DNA of 64,000 nucleotides from an uncultured virus (IMG/VR IMGVR_UViG_3300022178_000001) (taxonomy: Duplodnaviria; Heunggongvirae; Uroviricota; Caudoviricetes), in the IMG/VR virus record IMGVR_UViG_3300022178_000001. One strand, given 5' to 3'. The notes below the pieces were generated by a model. It did no database searches and was not told the origin of the DNA. It saw only the letters and a list, made by a program, of their open reading frames with translations. Positions 8,929 through 17,565 of the stretch are shown here, piece by piece. The position numbers and the translations under genes were made by a program. The stretch's first letter is position 1. Each line of letters opens with the position of its first letter.

Positions 8929-11148
8929 TTAGACAGTACCTTCGTCGTAGTTACGTTCAAGAGCCGCAATAAGTGAAACGATGTTTGACTTAGAACGGTT
9001 AATTGTACCAGCAGATGATACGTACTGAGCTTCATTCAATCCAAGTGCCACAACGATAATTGGAGCAGGAGTAGAAGCAGAACCTGCCCCACGCTGAACG
9101 TTACCATCATAGTCATATGAGAAGGTAGCAGAAGCACGCTTAGTTGGCCAAGAAGGGTTTACTAAGCCTGAGATAGGAGTACTATCCTTGTCTTGTACAA
9201 TTACAGCCAGTGGCGTATTGTAGTTTTTTCCTTCTGGAGAAGTAGCAGCCAAATCATTTTCGAAGAATACGAAGAACTTAGCAAACTCATCATCCTGCAA
9301 CGTAGAGCCAAAGTTGACGTTAAGCGTTGCTAAGAAGTTGAATAATCGAGTTCCGTTCTGAGCATCAACGAATTCAATAGCGTTAGTATCTGCTTCCGCA
9401 AAACTATCGATATATACACCTGATGCGGTTACAAGAGTGTCCCCAACAAATCGGAGTAAGCTATCCCCTGTTTTACCAACAACAGTACCAGTACCATCGG
9501 CATCGATATCGCTATTTTGACGTAAGAAGTACTGTACTTTTTCATAGATATCTACAGTAGTATTTACACCACCAGCGCCTTCACCAGCAACGTTAGTATC
9601 CCCATCAATGATTACAGTAAAGGGATAGTTAGTGCCCGCAATTTCACGTGAGCCTGCGAATACTTCCCAGTTAGTAGGATCACTTGGAGGAGCAGTAGCA
9701 GTATTGACACCAGTCTTATTGATGTACCACTCACCTGCTTCTTGAATAACATCACCAATTGCATAGTCGCCAGCCCCAGTAGTATGTGTAGCGCCTGAGA
9801 TCTTATCGTTAGTAACAAGATCACCGTTAGCGTCACGAACATAAGTGATAGTTGTAAGATCATAAGAAGGACGAACAGCAGAACCACCGGTATCAGTACT
9901 GCTATTAGCAGTTGCTACTGTAGGGGTCATAGTAAAGGTTGTATCACTAGGAATCGACAGAATTGCCGTAGTAGTTTCGTTGAAATCAGTCTCAGAAGTA
10001 AAACCAGTAATAGTCAAAACTTCCCCAATAGCTAAGCCGTGAGCACTAGGAGTAGTATAAGTATGGATAGTACCGTCAGAAGAAGCACTAACACTAACAC
10101 CACCAGAAAGGAAGCCTTCGAGATGAGGTACCTTCAAGTCTGCCTGAGACGTAAGAGGGAATCGATATGCTTGATACGTTACTGAGGATACACCGATATC
10201 ACTGAAGCGTGAAGTACCGTATGTAGACTGCCACTCACGAACAAACAACTTCAGAATATTAGTTGCACCTGTTTGATCCCGATAATCCGCTCCACCATTT
10301 TCGTACATTTGAACTGCCTGATTAACTGCACCAAACTGTTTAAAGTTAAAAGTATTGGTAGTAGAAGTTTCATCTTGTACTTGCTGATAATATACTTGGT
10401 CAGTTGCCCCAAGAATACCAAGAGAGATAATAGCAGCCCATTCTTCTTGAATGACGTTAGACGTATCTTTAACAGACCAACCACCATCACGAATTAATTC
10501 AATAGTAGTGGCACTAACAGTACCAGAAGTTTCAACTTTATCCCAGTTCCAGCCGTTGATCATTTCGAACTGCTCGTCCGTAATTGGACCCATTGGGAAA
10601 GGGAATTTAATCAAAAGTGCGTCAGACTGCCAAGCATCTTTGAGAGATGAGTAGATAGCTTTCAAAGAAGCCCCATCATCGCCTAAGTTACCTTGAACAA
10701 CCAAACCAATTTTCTTGAGGTCCCAATCAATAATAATTTCGTCAGCAGTAATAGCCGCAGAAATATTGTCCGTACCAGTAGTTAAGTCAAAATTGGTGCC
10801 TGCTTGAGAAGCCCCGCCGGTTACAGCAGATTGGGTAAGAGTTGCAGCAGCAGCAGTATTTGCCCCACCAACTGTAGTTACTGTAAAACCAGTAACAGCT
10901 CCGGTGCTTACAGAAGTAACAGTTACTTTAGAACCATCAGATAATTCAATTACATTATCTACGACATACCCCGAACCAGCAGTAAAAGTTCCGTTGTTGC
11001 CTACGTTATCGTAGTCAGCAGCGGCTGTTTGTCCATTAATAATATCACCACCAATACTGGATGCGATAGGAGTGGATACTGTCGGTACGTGTACTGACAA
11101 TTGATCCGGATCCTTCTGGACGTTAGAAGTTTGAAAGAAATTAGCCAT
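8929..11148 (-). CDS. Large structural-like protein (likely abundant)
   Basis: 739 aa, T/G/S/D-rich, GGAG RBS, followed by a terminator as seen for high-copy virion proteins. Confidence 0.75.
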   Translation of the reverse strand: MANFFQTSNVQKDPDQLSVHVPTVSTPIASSIGGDIINGQTAAADYDNVGNNGTFTAGSGYVVDNVIELSDGSKVTVTSVSTGAVTGFTVTTVGGANTAAAATLTQSAVTGGASQAGTNFDLTTGTDNISAAITADEIIIDWDLKKIGLVVQGNLGDDGASLKAIYSSLKDAWQSDALLIKFPFPMGPITDEQFEMINGWNWDKVETSGTVSATTIELIRDGGWSVKDTSNVIQEEWAAIISLGILGATDQVYYQQVQDETSTTNTFNFKQFGAVNQAVQMYENGGADYRDQTGATNILKLFVREWQSTYGTSRFSDIGVSSVTYQAYRFPLTSQADLKVPHLEGFLSGGVSVSASSDGTIHTYTTPSAHGLAIGEVLTITGFTSETDFNETTTAILSIPSDTTFTMTPTVATANSSTDTGGSAVRPSYDLTTITYVRDANGDLVTNDKISGATHTTGAGDYAIGDVIQEAGEWYINKTGVNTATAPPSDPTNWEVFAGSREIAGTNYPFTVIIDGDTNVAGEGAGGVNTTVDIYEKVQYFLRQNSDIDADGTGTVVGKTGDSLLRFVGDTLVTASGVYIDSFAEADTNAIEFVDAQNGTRLFNFLATLNVNFGSTLQDDEFAKFFVFFENDLAATSPEGKNYNTPLAVIVQDKDSTPISGLVNPSWPTKRASATFSYDYDGNVQRGAGSASTPAPIIVVALGLNEAQYVSSAGTINRSKSNIVSLIAALERNYDEGTV

Positions 11149-11233
11149 TTAGTTTTTCTCCTAATAGCTTGCCCTAAGTCTAGGACATTATAATATATAC
11201 TTGTTTATAAGTATATCTAAGTAGCCTCGACTG

Positions 11234-12907
11234 TTAGACCGTTCCCGAATCATATTGCCTGTCAGAACTCTGAAAGAGCGATATAGTCGTATCCGCACTA
11301 GCAGTCAAAACTTTTTGAACTCGAAAGAATTCAAAGTTTAAATTATGTGCTACAATTACTACATTAATATCTCCTCCGGAGGTATCATATGAGCTTGTAA
11401 CTTTATACTTTCCAGCATTTACTGGATCTGCTGCTATACTATCAAAAGTACTAGAGTCGGGGGTAGCCCCAACTCTTTCAGCCCCTACTAATTCCGTATA
11501 GGTTAAAGGATTATTTAAATCAGTATAACTGTAGACTCTTAGCTCAGTTTCATCTTCGATATTATCAATAACCAGTGCTTTTGCTGCGACAAAAACTACA
11601 GAAGAGCCCGCACCCACATTAGTTACAGTAGGTGTATTACTAGTACCATTCAAAGCAACTGTAATTTCAAACCCACTTGTATTTCTTATAGCGGCACTAG
11701 TAGACCCATTAGCCCCAAAAGTAGTATTATCAAATACTATATTTGTAAAAGTAATCGAGGTATCGGCAGTATAAGTAGTAGCTGTAAATTCAAAAGCGTG
11801 CCCAGAGCCTACATTAATTATATTACAGTTATTTATTCCAGTAGTGGTTCCGAAAGCAGCATCTGTAATCATGGCTACTGCAGAAGCGGAGCGGGGTCGT
11901 ATATCTGCATTTTCTATTGAGCCTCCCCCTAAAGTAAGGGCTATTGCATCTACTGTGCCTCCAGTAATTTCTACACTACTATTCATAGTAATAAGTCTTA
12001 ATCCTAGCAAAGCACAGGAGCTAATTGTTGCTGTTCCTGTAGTGCCTGTAAAAATTAAGTCAGGTCTATTAGTAGCAATAGATACTGCTGAAGACTGAAA
12101 GTTGCAGTTAGTCATACTAAAAGTAGTAGAAGCATTTCCAAGGTTTACTGTCCAACCAAGCCACGCAGTATCAATAGCTGCTTGATCTACGTGAATAAAA
12201 GTTTTATCTGATTCTGAAAAAGTTGTTGCAATTGCAGTACCTGCAGTAGCTCCTTCCCCTATTGTAAGTCGACAGTAAAATAAATCTGCTCCTGCTTGAG
12301 TTACTAATAAACCTTTATATCCGTTAGTTTTGTTAGACTCTGTAGTTCGAATAAAGGCTATAGTATTATCTGTAGTTCCATTTATATAGAATGGAGAGAC
12401 TTGACTGCCCACAAATGTAATAAAATTATCTAGAAAGGTATTAGGTTTATTACCAGATCCGGCATCGGTATTACTTACTCGAAACCCTATGGCTTCGACA
12501 TTACTAGTAGTAATACTTCCTGATAGTGAGGGTACGTCACACCAAATAGGAGTATAACCTCCTGTAGCCGGATAGAAAGACCCTAAATTAACAATACCAT
12601 TATTGCTACCATCATGAATTAAGACATCATAAGAAGTAAGAGTACTACCTACAGAGGTATTTAACCAGTAGAGAGTAGCGCTACCAGAGCTTGATAAATT
12701 TCTGCTAGCATTATTGCTCGCACCTACGGCTTGAATAAAGTTATTTTCATTGTCAAAACGAGTTTCGATACAACCAGTACCTTGCAATTCAAATCCATCC
12801 GCTACGTTAACGTCTATAGTATTACCCCCTCCAGGGGTATACTCAAGGGTGCCGACATTGTCGGCATCCATGTTATTGAATACTGTGGTACGTGTACCGA
12901 AAGCCAT
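11234..12907 (-). CDS. Structural-like protein with probable beta-helix region
   Basis: 557 aa, N/T/S/G-rich beta-repeat-like segments; C-terminus parallels that of the 739-aa protein. Confidence 0.7.
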   Translation of the reverse strand: MAFGTRTTVFNNMDADNVGTLEYTPGGGNTIDVNVADGFELQGTGCIETRFDNENNFIQAVGASNNASRNLSSSGSATLYWLNTSVGSTLTSYDVLIHDGSNNGIVNLGSFYPATGGYTPIWCDVPSLSGSITTSNVEAIGFRVSNTDAGSGNKPNTFLDNFITFVGSQVSPFYINGTTDNTIAFIRTTESNKTNGYKGLLVTQAGADLFYCRLTIGEGATAGTAIATTFSESDKTFIHVDQAAIDTAWLGWTVNLGNASTTFSMTNCNFQSSAVSIATNRPDLIFTGTTGTATISSCALLGLRLITMNSSVEITGGTVDAIALTLGGGSIENADIRPRSASAVAMITDAAFGTTTGINNCNIINVGSGHAFEFTATTYTADTSITFTNIVFDNTTFGANGSTSAAIRNTSGFEITVALNGTSNTPTVTNVGAGSSVVFVAAKALVIDNIEDETELRVYSYTDLNNPLTYTELVGAERVGATPDSSTFDSIAADPVNAGKYKVTSSYDTSGGDINVVIVAHNLNFEFFRVQKVLTASADTTISLFQSSDRQYDSGTV

Positions 12908-13263
12908 TAAGGATTAGCTCTGGTAACGTCCTTGACTACTTTAACTTTTCCAATAAGTAGAGTTTGAACATTGCCCGAATCATCAACTTGTTGAATATCA
13001 TAGTTATAGGTTTTAGGGTCTAAGGCTCCTGTAAGGGTGCGGGACGCATTAAGATAAACAATTCCTACAGCAGCACTTGGCCCTATAGGAACAACAGAAA
13101 CTTGAAGATCTCCCGGGTCGGGATCATCAATATTTGCTTTTAGAGTAAGGGTGTAAGTATAGTTTGTTACATCCGTAATAGTGCCGTCAGAGCTGATTAC
13201 TAATTTAATAGTCCAATCGTCTCCGCGCACTAAAGGATTTAAATCTTTTGCTGTATATGACAT
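12907..13263 (-). CDS. BppU N-terminal-like baseplate/adaptor protein
   Basis: RGDDWTIKL...DVTNYTY...YNYDIQ...TLLIGKVKVVKDVTR pattern. Confidence 0.6.
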   Translation of the reverse strand: MSYTAKDLNPLVRGDDWTIKLVISSDGTITDVTNYTYTLTLKANIDDPDPGDLQVSVVPIGPSAAVGIVYLNASRTLTGALDPKTYNYDIQQVDDSGNVQTLLIGKVKVVKDVTRANP

Positions 13264-13320
13264 AGTAGGTTCACGGTGCCTGGCCAATAATTATTAGCCT
13301 AGTAAAACATTTCATAGCAA

Positions 13321-13349
13321 ATTATAGCAAGTGTCACCTACTATGTCAA
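13321..13349 (-). promoter_or_regulatory. sigma70 promoter driving the 4587-13263 block
   Basis: Minus strand TTGACA-17-TATAAT with extended -10 TG. Confidence 0.85.
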
Positions 13350-13401
13350 GAACTATTTTTTGAAAGGTGAATCCCCTCAAAAGGAAGGTTACTGACAATT
13401 T

Positions 13402-13785
13402 TTAAAAGTCTAAAACATACTCCAAGTTAGGTTTAAAAAATCCAGGCCCTTTTAGTACTTTTCCATCTTCTCTATAGATAGGTTTACCATCTTCCCCTAG
13501 TTTACTCATATTGCTAGCATGTACTTCTGCAAAACAACAGTCTAAATCAAGCCCAAAAGAATGCCCTGCTCCATATACAACATATAATAGATCTGTAAGA
13601 GCATCAGCAACTTCTACAATATCCATAGCATCCATAGCATCTTTAAACTCTTGTAACTCTTCAGCTATTAGTTCATATCTTAGCTTTTGAGTGTCTTCAT
13701 CTGCCATCTCAGGAATATCTTTTACTTCCTGCCCAAATACTTGCATAAAGTCTCCTACAAGTTCGAAATTAGTACCATTTGACAT
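13402..13785 (-). CDS. MazG-like / PRA-PH family NTP pyrophosphohydrolase
   Basis: LIAEELQEF...EVADALTDLLYVVYG...EVHASNMSKL...REDGKVLKGP; AGGAG RBS before ATG 13785. Confidence 0.9.
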   Translation of the reverse strand: MSNGTNFELVGDFMQVFGQEVKDIPEMADEDTQKLRYELIAEELQEFKDAMDAMDIVEVADALTDLLYVVYGAGHSFGLDLDCCFAEVHASNMSKLGEDGKPIYREDGKVLKGPGFFKPNLEYVLDF

Positions 13786-13966
13786 TGCTATTAGCTCCTT
13801 GTCTTTTTTTCTCTCTTTTGATTGCCGCTTTGTGAGATAGGTGTTTATTAACACTAGGTTTCTCATAGAACTCTTTTGATCTATAGTCCCAAACTATATC
13901 AGCGCTCTTTCTCTTAAATATCTTTAATGCTCTTTCAACATTATTATTTTTTACAGTAACTTTCAA
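13769..13966 (-). CDS. rpsU: 30S ribosomal protein bS21
   Basis: V.V..NNVERALKIFKRK....RSKEFYEKPS...K.AAIKR matches the bS21 signature; TTG start. Confidence 0.85.
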   Translation of the reverse strand: MKVTVKNNNVERALKIFKRKSADIVWDYRSKEFYEKPSVNKHLSHKAAIKREKKRQGANSNVKWY

Positions 13967-13974
13967 ATTATTCC

Positions 13975-14463
13975 TTAATTTTTCCCGTCTGTATAAAAAA
14001 TATGAGTACCTATTTTATTAGTAATAGTCATATTCTTAGTCCAGACTGGAGCTTCTATATAATCAGCATGATACCACATAGCTCCGTCCGTTACATCCCA
14101 TATTAAACGATTAGCGTAGAATAGCTTCCATGCTAGGGATAAAGCTTCTGAGTACGCATCATGGTCATTAATAACCTTACGTGATGGTTTTGAACAATAC
14201 CATGTAAATTGGCACTTTCTTTTGCTTTTCTGAGTAACAACCCTACATATAGTATTAGGAAATCTATTAGATGTTACTCTATTAATAGTAACATACCCTA
14301 CTGCTGTTCTACCCTCTAAGCTTTGGTTTCTACTCTCAAAATAAATATTATTAGCTAAACAAAATATTTCATTTTTGTCGTTAGACGTCATGTAAACTTC
14401 TGCATTCACTGACTGGCTAGATATAGCTAATAGTACTGCTGTTATTGCTTTTTGAAAAACCAT
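13975..14463 (-). CDS. SleB/CwlJ-like cell wall hydrolase (Hydrolase_2)
   Basis: Signal peptide; CLANNIYFESR..VGYVTINRV..FPNTIC.VV.Q..CQFTW; YHADY; IGTHIFY. Confidence 0.92.
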   Translation of the reverse strand: MVFQKAITAVLLAISSQSVNAEVYMTSNDKNEIFCLANNIYFESRNQSLEGRTAVGYVTINRVTSNRFPNTICRVVTQKSKRKCQFTWYCSKPSRKVINDHDAYSEALSLAWKLFYANRLIWDVTDGAMWYHADYIEAPVWTKNMTITNKIGTHIFYTDGKN

Positions 14464-14618
14464 CCTCTATCCTTTAAATACTTGGCTTGTTTTACACAGG
14501 CATTGTATGTTCTGTCTGGAAAAAGCTCTTCCAATTCTAATCTGGAGCTTTGATGATACACTTTACTCAGCAGCTTTCGCTCATCATGAGTCCATGGTCT
14601 TTTTATATATTTTTTCAT
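14442..14618 (-). CDS. Small Myb/SANT-like HTH protein (58 aa)
   Basis: MKKYIKRPWTHDERKLLSKVY...ELEELFPDRTYNACVKQAKYL; missed by ORF track. Confidence 0.6.
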   Translation of the reverse strand: MKKYIKRPWTHDERKLLSKVYHQSSRLELEELFPDRTYNACVKQAKYLKDRGWFFKKQ

Positions 14619-14647
14619 AGAAACCTGTATGAATATATTTAAAATGT

Positions 14648-14676
14648 AGTATAGAACATTTCACCTGAAAAGTCAA
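14648..14676 (-). promoter_or_regulatory. sigma70 promoter (leftward member of divergent pair)
   Basis: TTGACT-17-TATACT on minus strand. Confidence 0.8.
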
Positions 14677-14706
14677 GAAGAATTTTTAGCTAACAAAAAA
14701 TTTTTC

Positions 14707-14735
14707 TTGACTTTCACTTCATATTTATGTATAAT
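14707..14735 (+). promoter_or_regulatory. sigma70 promoter (rightward member of divergent pair)
   Basis: TTGACT-17-TATAAT. Confidence 0.85.
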
Positions 14736-14772
14736 AGTATAAATTCACAAGAACATATCTCGGAGATATAGT

Positions 14773-14928
14773 ATGTTTTTCGGCGTCGACACAATTATTT
14801 TTGTTTTTTGCTTAATAGGCTGCGGGATTACTACGTGGAGCCTAGGGCATAGAGATGGGGTGGAAGATGCCGTTCAATATTTTATTGATAACGGAGTTAT
14901 AGATGTGGATGAAGATATAGAAGACTGA
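14773..14928 (+). CDS. Small membrane protein (51 aa)
   Basis: GGAG RBS; MFFGVDTIIFVFCLIGCGITTWSLGHRDGVEDAVQYFIDNGVID... Confidence 0.65.
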   Translation: MFFGVDTIIFVFCLIGCGITTWSLGHRDGVEDAVQYFIDNGVIDVDEDIED

Positions 14929-14960
14929 TATGTCTATAACTATCAAAATAATATAACTAT

Positions 14961-14997
14961 TGAGTACCGAAAGGGCTCACGCCTAGCGAAAGCAGGC
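14961..14997 (+). promoter_or_regulatory. Twin GAAA-tetraloop hairpins in hsp20 leader
   Basis: TGAGT-A-CC-GAAA-GG-GCTCA and GCCT-A-GC-GAAA-GC-AGGC. Confidence 0.6.
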
Positions 14998-15023
14998 TAA
15001 GATCATAAAATGAGGAGACATTT

Positions 15024-15452
15024 ATGACAAATTCAAGATTAGGTATGGCAGACTTAAACAAAGTATTGTTTGGTTTTGACCGTTTCATGAACAACACGGC
15101 ACTGTTCCAAGAGAACTTTGATGGTACTTATCCTAGATTTAACATTTTATCAAATACTGAAAGTGGTAACAAAAGGATTGAGATTGCTGTGCCCGGATGG
15201 AATAAAGCGGATATCGAAATATTCCTTCACGAGGGTGTTCTAACTGTAGAGGGCAAAAAGAAGTTAGATACAAAAGAAGAATCTGAAACATATGTTTACA
15301 AGGGCTTAAGTGGTAAAGCGTTTAAAAGAGTCTTTGGCGTTCCTGAACACGTTCATGTAGTTTCCGCTTATTGTGAGCGGGGCCTGCTTTGCATTGATTT
15401 GCATGAAGAAGTCCCTGAAGCATTGCAACCGAAAAAAATTGCAATTACTTAG
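15024..15452 (+). CDS. Small heat shock protein Hsp20 (IbpA-like)
   Basis: FGFDR..YPRFNI..IEIAVPG..L.VEG..YKGLS..F.RVF...GLL.IDL..EVPE..PKKIAI. Confidence 0.93.
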   Translation: MTNSRLGMADLNKVLFGFDRFMNNTALFQENFDGTYPRFNILSNTESGNKRIEIAVPGWNKADIEIFLHEGVLTVEGKKKLDTKEESETYVYKGLSGKAFKRVFGVPEHVHVVSAYCERGLLCIDLHEEVPEALQPKKIAIT

Positions 15453-15580
15453 GAGAAACGTGTGAGAGATATTAACAAGGCTGATATGGTAGAGTTAATG
15501 GCAACGATCATAACTGTATTATTAGTTCCTGTTGGGTTAATAGGACTTATCTTTACGCCTTTAATGGCGTAAGATAGAGA

Positions 15581-15605
15581 TGGGGGGCGTAAGTCCCCCT
15601 ATTTT
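15581..15605 (+). terminator. Intrinsic terminator
   Basis: GGGGGG-CGTAAG-TCCCCC stem followed by TATTTT. Confidence 0.6.
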
Positions 15606-15618
15606 AAGGTGTGATAGT

Positions 15619-15996
15619 ATGGCACTACAAATTTTAGGGGGCTTAATCTCCTCTGTAGCTGGACTAGGGAAAACCTATATAGAAGGCAAAAATGCTGTAA
15701 GCAAAGCTAAATCTGAAGCACAAGCGGCAGTAATAGTTAAAGCAGCAGAAAGTGAGGCAGACTGGGAAAAGATCATGGCAGAGAATAGTGGTCAATCTTG
15801 GAAAGATGAGTGGTTGACTCTTCTATTTAGTATTCCTTTAATTATGGCTTTTTTGCCAAGCATGGTTCCCTATGTAAAAGAAGGCTTTATAGTATTAGAA
15901 CAAATGCCTGACTGGTACCAGTACACTCTAAGTGTAATAGTTGCTGCTTCCTTCGGGGTAAGATCAGCAGTAGGGCTTATGAAGGTTAAGAAATAG
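15619..15996 (+). CDS. Holin (GTA-type 3TM holin-like)
   Basis: WKDEW..LLFSIP..L..MPDWYQY.L.VIVAASFG; immediately upstream of lysozyme. Confidence 0.75.
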   Translation: MALQILGGLISSVAGLGKTYIEGKNAVSKAKSEAQAAVIVKAAESEADWEKIMAENSGQSWKDEWLTLLFSIPLIMAFLPSMVPYVKEGFIVLEQMPDWYQYTLSVIVAASFGVRSAVGLMKVKK

Positions 15997-15998
15997 AT

Positions 15999-16460
15999 AT
16001 GTATTACAACAAAGAATTAGATAAAGATAAATTAGAAGCACAATTGAAGATTGATGAGGGAGTACGATATGAGGTCTATCTTGACCATCTTGGGTATCCT
16101 ACTTTTGGTATTGGTCATCTTATTTGTGAAGATGATCCGGAATATGGCTACTCTGTTGGTACAAAAGTATCAGAAGAGCGCGTTGCGGAAGTATTTCAAA
16201 AAGACTTAGATTTAGTATTGGAAGATTGCAAGATACTATATAAAAATATTTGGGAGGGGTTCCCTTCAGAGGTAAAAGCAATTTGTGCTAATATGATGTT
16301 TAATCTAGGCCGTACTCGACTAACTAAATTTAATAACATGAGATTAGCACTCGCAGCGGGGTCATGGAAGCTCGCAGCTGTAGAGATGCAAGATAGTAAG
16401 TGGTACTACCAAGTAGGAGACCGTTCTAAAAGACTAGTAGCTCGAATGAATAGCGTATAA
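15999..16460 (+). CDS. Endolysin, T4-lysozyme-like muramidase
   Basis: LKIDEG...YLDHLGYPTFGIGH; NMMFNLG; EMQDSKWYYQVGDRS.RL. Confidence 0.93.
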   Translation: MYYNKELDKDKLEAQLKIDEGVRYEVYLDHLGYPTFGIGHLICEDDPEYGYSVGTKVSEERVAEVFQKDLDLVLEDCKILYKNIWEGFPSEVKAICANMMFNLGRTRLTKFNNMRLALAAGSWKLAAVEMQDSKWYYQVGDRSKRLVARMNSV

Positions 16461-16612
16461 TGTATTTATGCGTATGTAATAAAATAACTGAAAAAATGCT
16501 AGAAGAAAACTCTTCTTTAGCCCATAAAATAGGGAGTAAATGCGGAATATGTATAAAGGATCAAAAGATAATAACGGAACAAATAACGTATCTAAGGGAG
16601 CAGAGCAGTTAG
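16460..16612 (+). CDS. BFD-like (2Fe-2S)-binding mini-protein (50 aa)
   Basis: TAATG-coupled; MYLCVCNKITE...IGSKCGIC = CxC...CxxC motif of bacterioferritin-associated ferredoxin. Confidence 0.7.
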   Translation: MYLCVCNKITEKMLEENSSLAHKIGSKCGICIKDQKIITEQITYLREQSS

Positions 16613-16707
16613 ATGCCTGTTACCAAGGGCTTTTCTATTGCCATATTCGCGAAGAGTTTCATAGGTGGCCCGAACATATTAGCTTTTACACTAGCAAAAG
16701 AATCTAG
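16549..16707 (+). CDS. Small hypothetical protein (52 aa)
   Basis: MYKGSKD...LDACYQGLFYCHIREEFHRWPEHISFY; overlaps the BFD ORF. Confidence 0.4.
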   Translation: MYKGSKDNNGTNNVSKGAEQLDACYQGLFYCHIREEFHRWPEHISFYTSKRI

Positions 16708-16727
16708 ATAGGTAGAAGGAAGAACCC

Positions 16728-16928
16728 ATGTTGCCTTGCCCTTTTTGTAGAAACCCTTTAGGCTTCTCACTTGACTTCATAATAAAAAATCCTATATCTG
16801 CCTGTCCGGGGTGTAAAACAGTATTCAACTTTGCTGTTGAAGATGATATCAAGAGTAAAATGAATAAGGCGCTGCATGAAATTGAAACCGTAAAAAAGCG
16901 TTACCAAGGTTTGGTAAAATTTAATTAA
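16728..16928 (+). CDS. Zn-ribbon protein (CPFC...CPGC)
   Basis: AGGAG RBS; two CxxC motifs plus C-terminal helix. Confidence 0.75.
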   Translation: MLPCPFCRNPLGFSLDFIIKNPISACPGCKTVFNFAVEDDIKSKMNKALHEIETVKKRYQGLVKFN

Positions 16929-16936
16929 GGATATAA

Positions 16937-17539
16937 ATGGCTAATATAGCGAACAAATTTGTCGGTCTTCCGATTGAGCAGTTGATTACTGCCCCAATTA
17001 TCGGCATGGCAAAGGGTCAAGCACAACTTAACGATGTTACTTGGCAATACATTCAAGAAGTAGCATTTACAAAAGACGAAAAAACAGGCAAGACAGTAGC
17101 ACGTTCTCTCGATGTAGAGATGAACCGAGTTATGACAGATGGCGACACTGGGGAGCAATCAGTACAAACTTTGTACAGTAAAGTTCCAATGTTACCTTTG
17201 GTACCTCTGCCCTCCCTTGCAATCACATCAGCAGATATTAGTTTCATGATGGAAGTGCAAACTTCTAGTCAAGATACTAGTTCGGTTGATACAGAAAGTG
17301 AGATAAAAGCGTCTATTTCTGGCGGCTTCTGGGGAGCGAAGTATAAAGCTTCTATCTCTGGTAAAGTATCCACCAGTAAAGAAAGTATTCGAAAAACTGA
17401 TAATACTGCAAAGTATGAAGTAGCCGTGCACGCGGAACAACTACCCCCTACTGAAGGTATGTTAAAATTATCTGATTACTTGACACAAATGCTTGAACCT
17501 TCTTTAATTCCACTGACGCAAGACCCTAACGGCGGCTAA
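16937..17539 (+). CDS. DUF2589 family protein
   Basis: LPIEQLITAPI...AQL...IQEVAF...VPMLPLVPLPSLAI..ADISF.MEV; ..PEG..KL.D.L. Confidence 0.85.
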   Translation: MANIANKFVGLPIEQLITAPIIGMAKGQAQLNDVTWQYIQEVAFTKDEKTGKTVARSLDVEMNRVMTDGDTGEQSVQTLYSKVPMLPLVPLPSLAITSADISFMMEVQTSSQDTSSVDTESEIKASISGGFWGAKYKASISGKVSTSKESIRKTDNTAKYEVAVHAEQLPPTEGMLKLSDYLTQMLEPSLIPLTQDPNGG

Positions 17540-17565
17540 ACTACACTAAATTCTAGGATAAGAAT

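Noticed and set aside
4509..13400. Inverted block starting at the tRNA 3' end as an integrated genomic island
   Set aside because: No duplicated tRNA 3' end at the far boundary and no integrase; the block uses a phage-type promoter
16613..16711. 32-aa ORF MPVTKGFSIAIF...
   Set aside because: Short; the overlapping 16549..16707 frame looks more protein-like, though neither is certain
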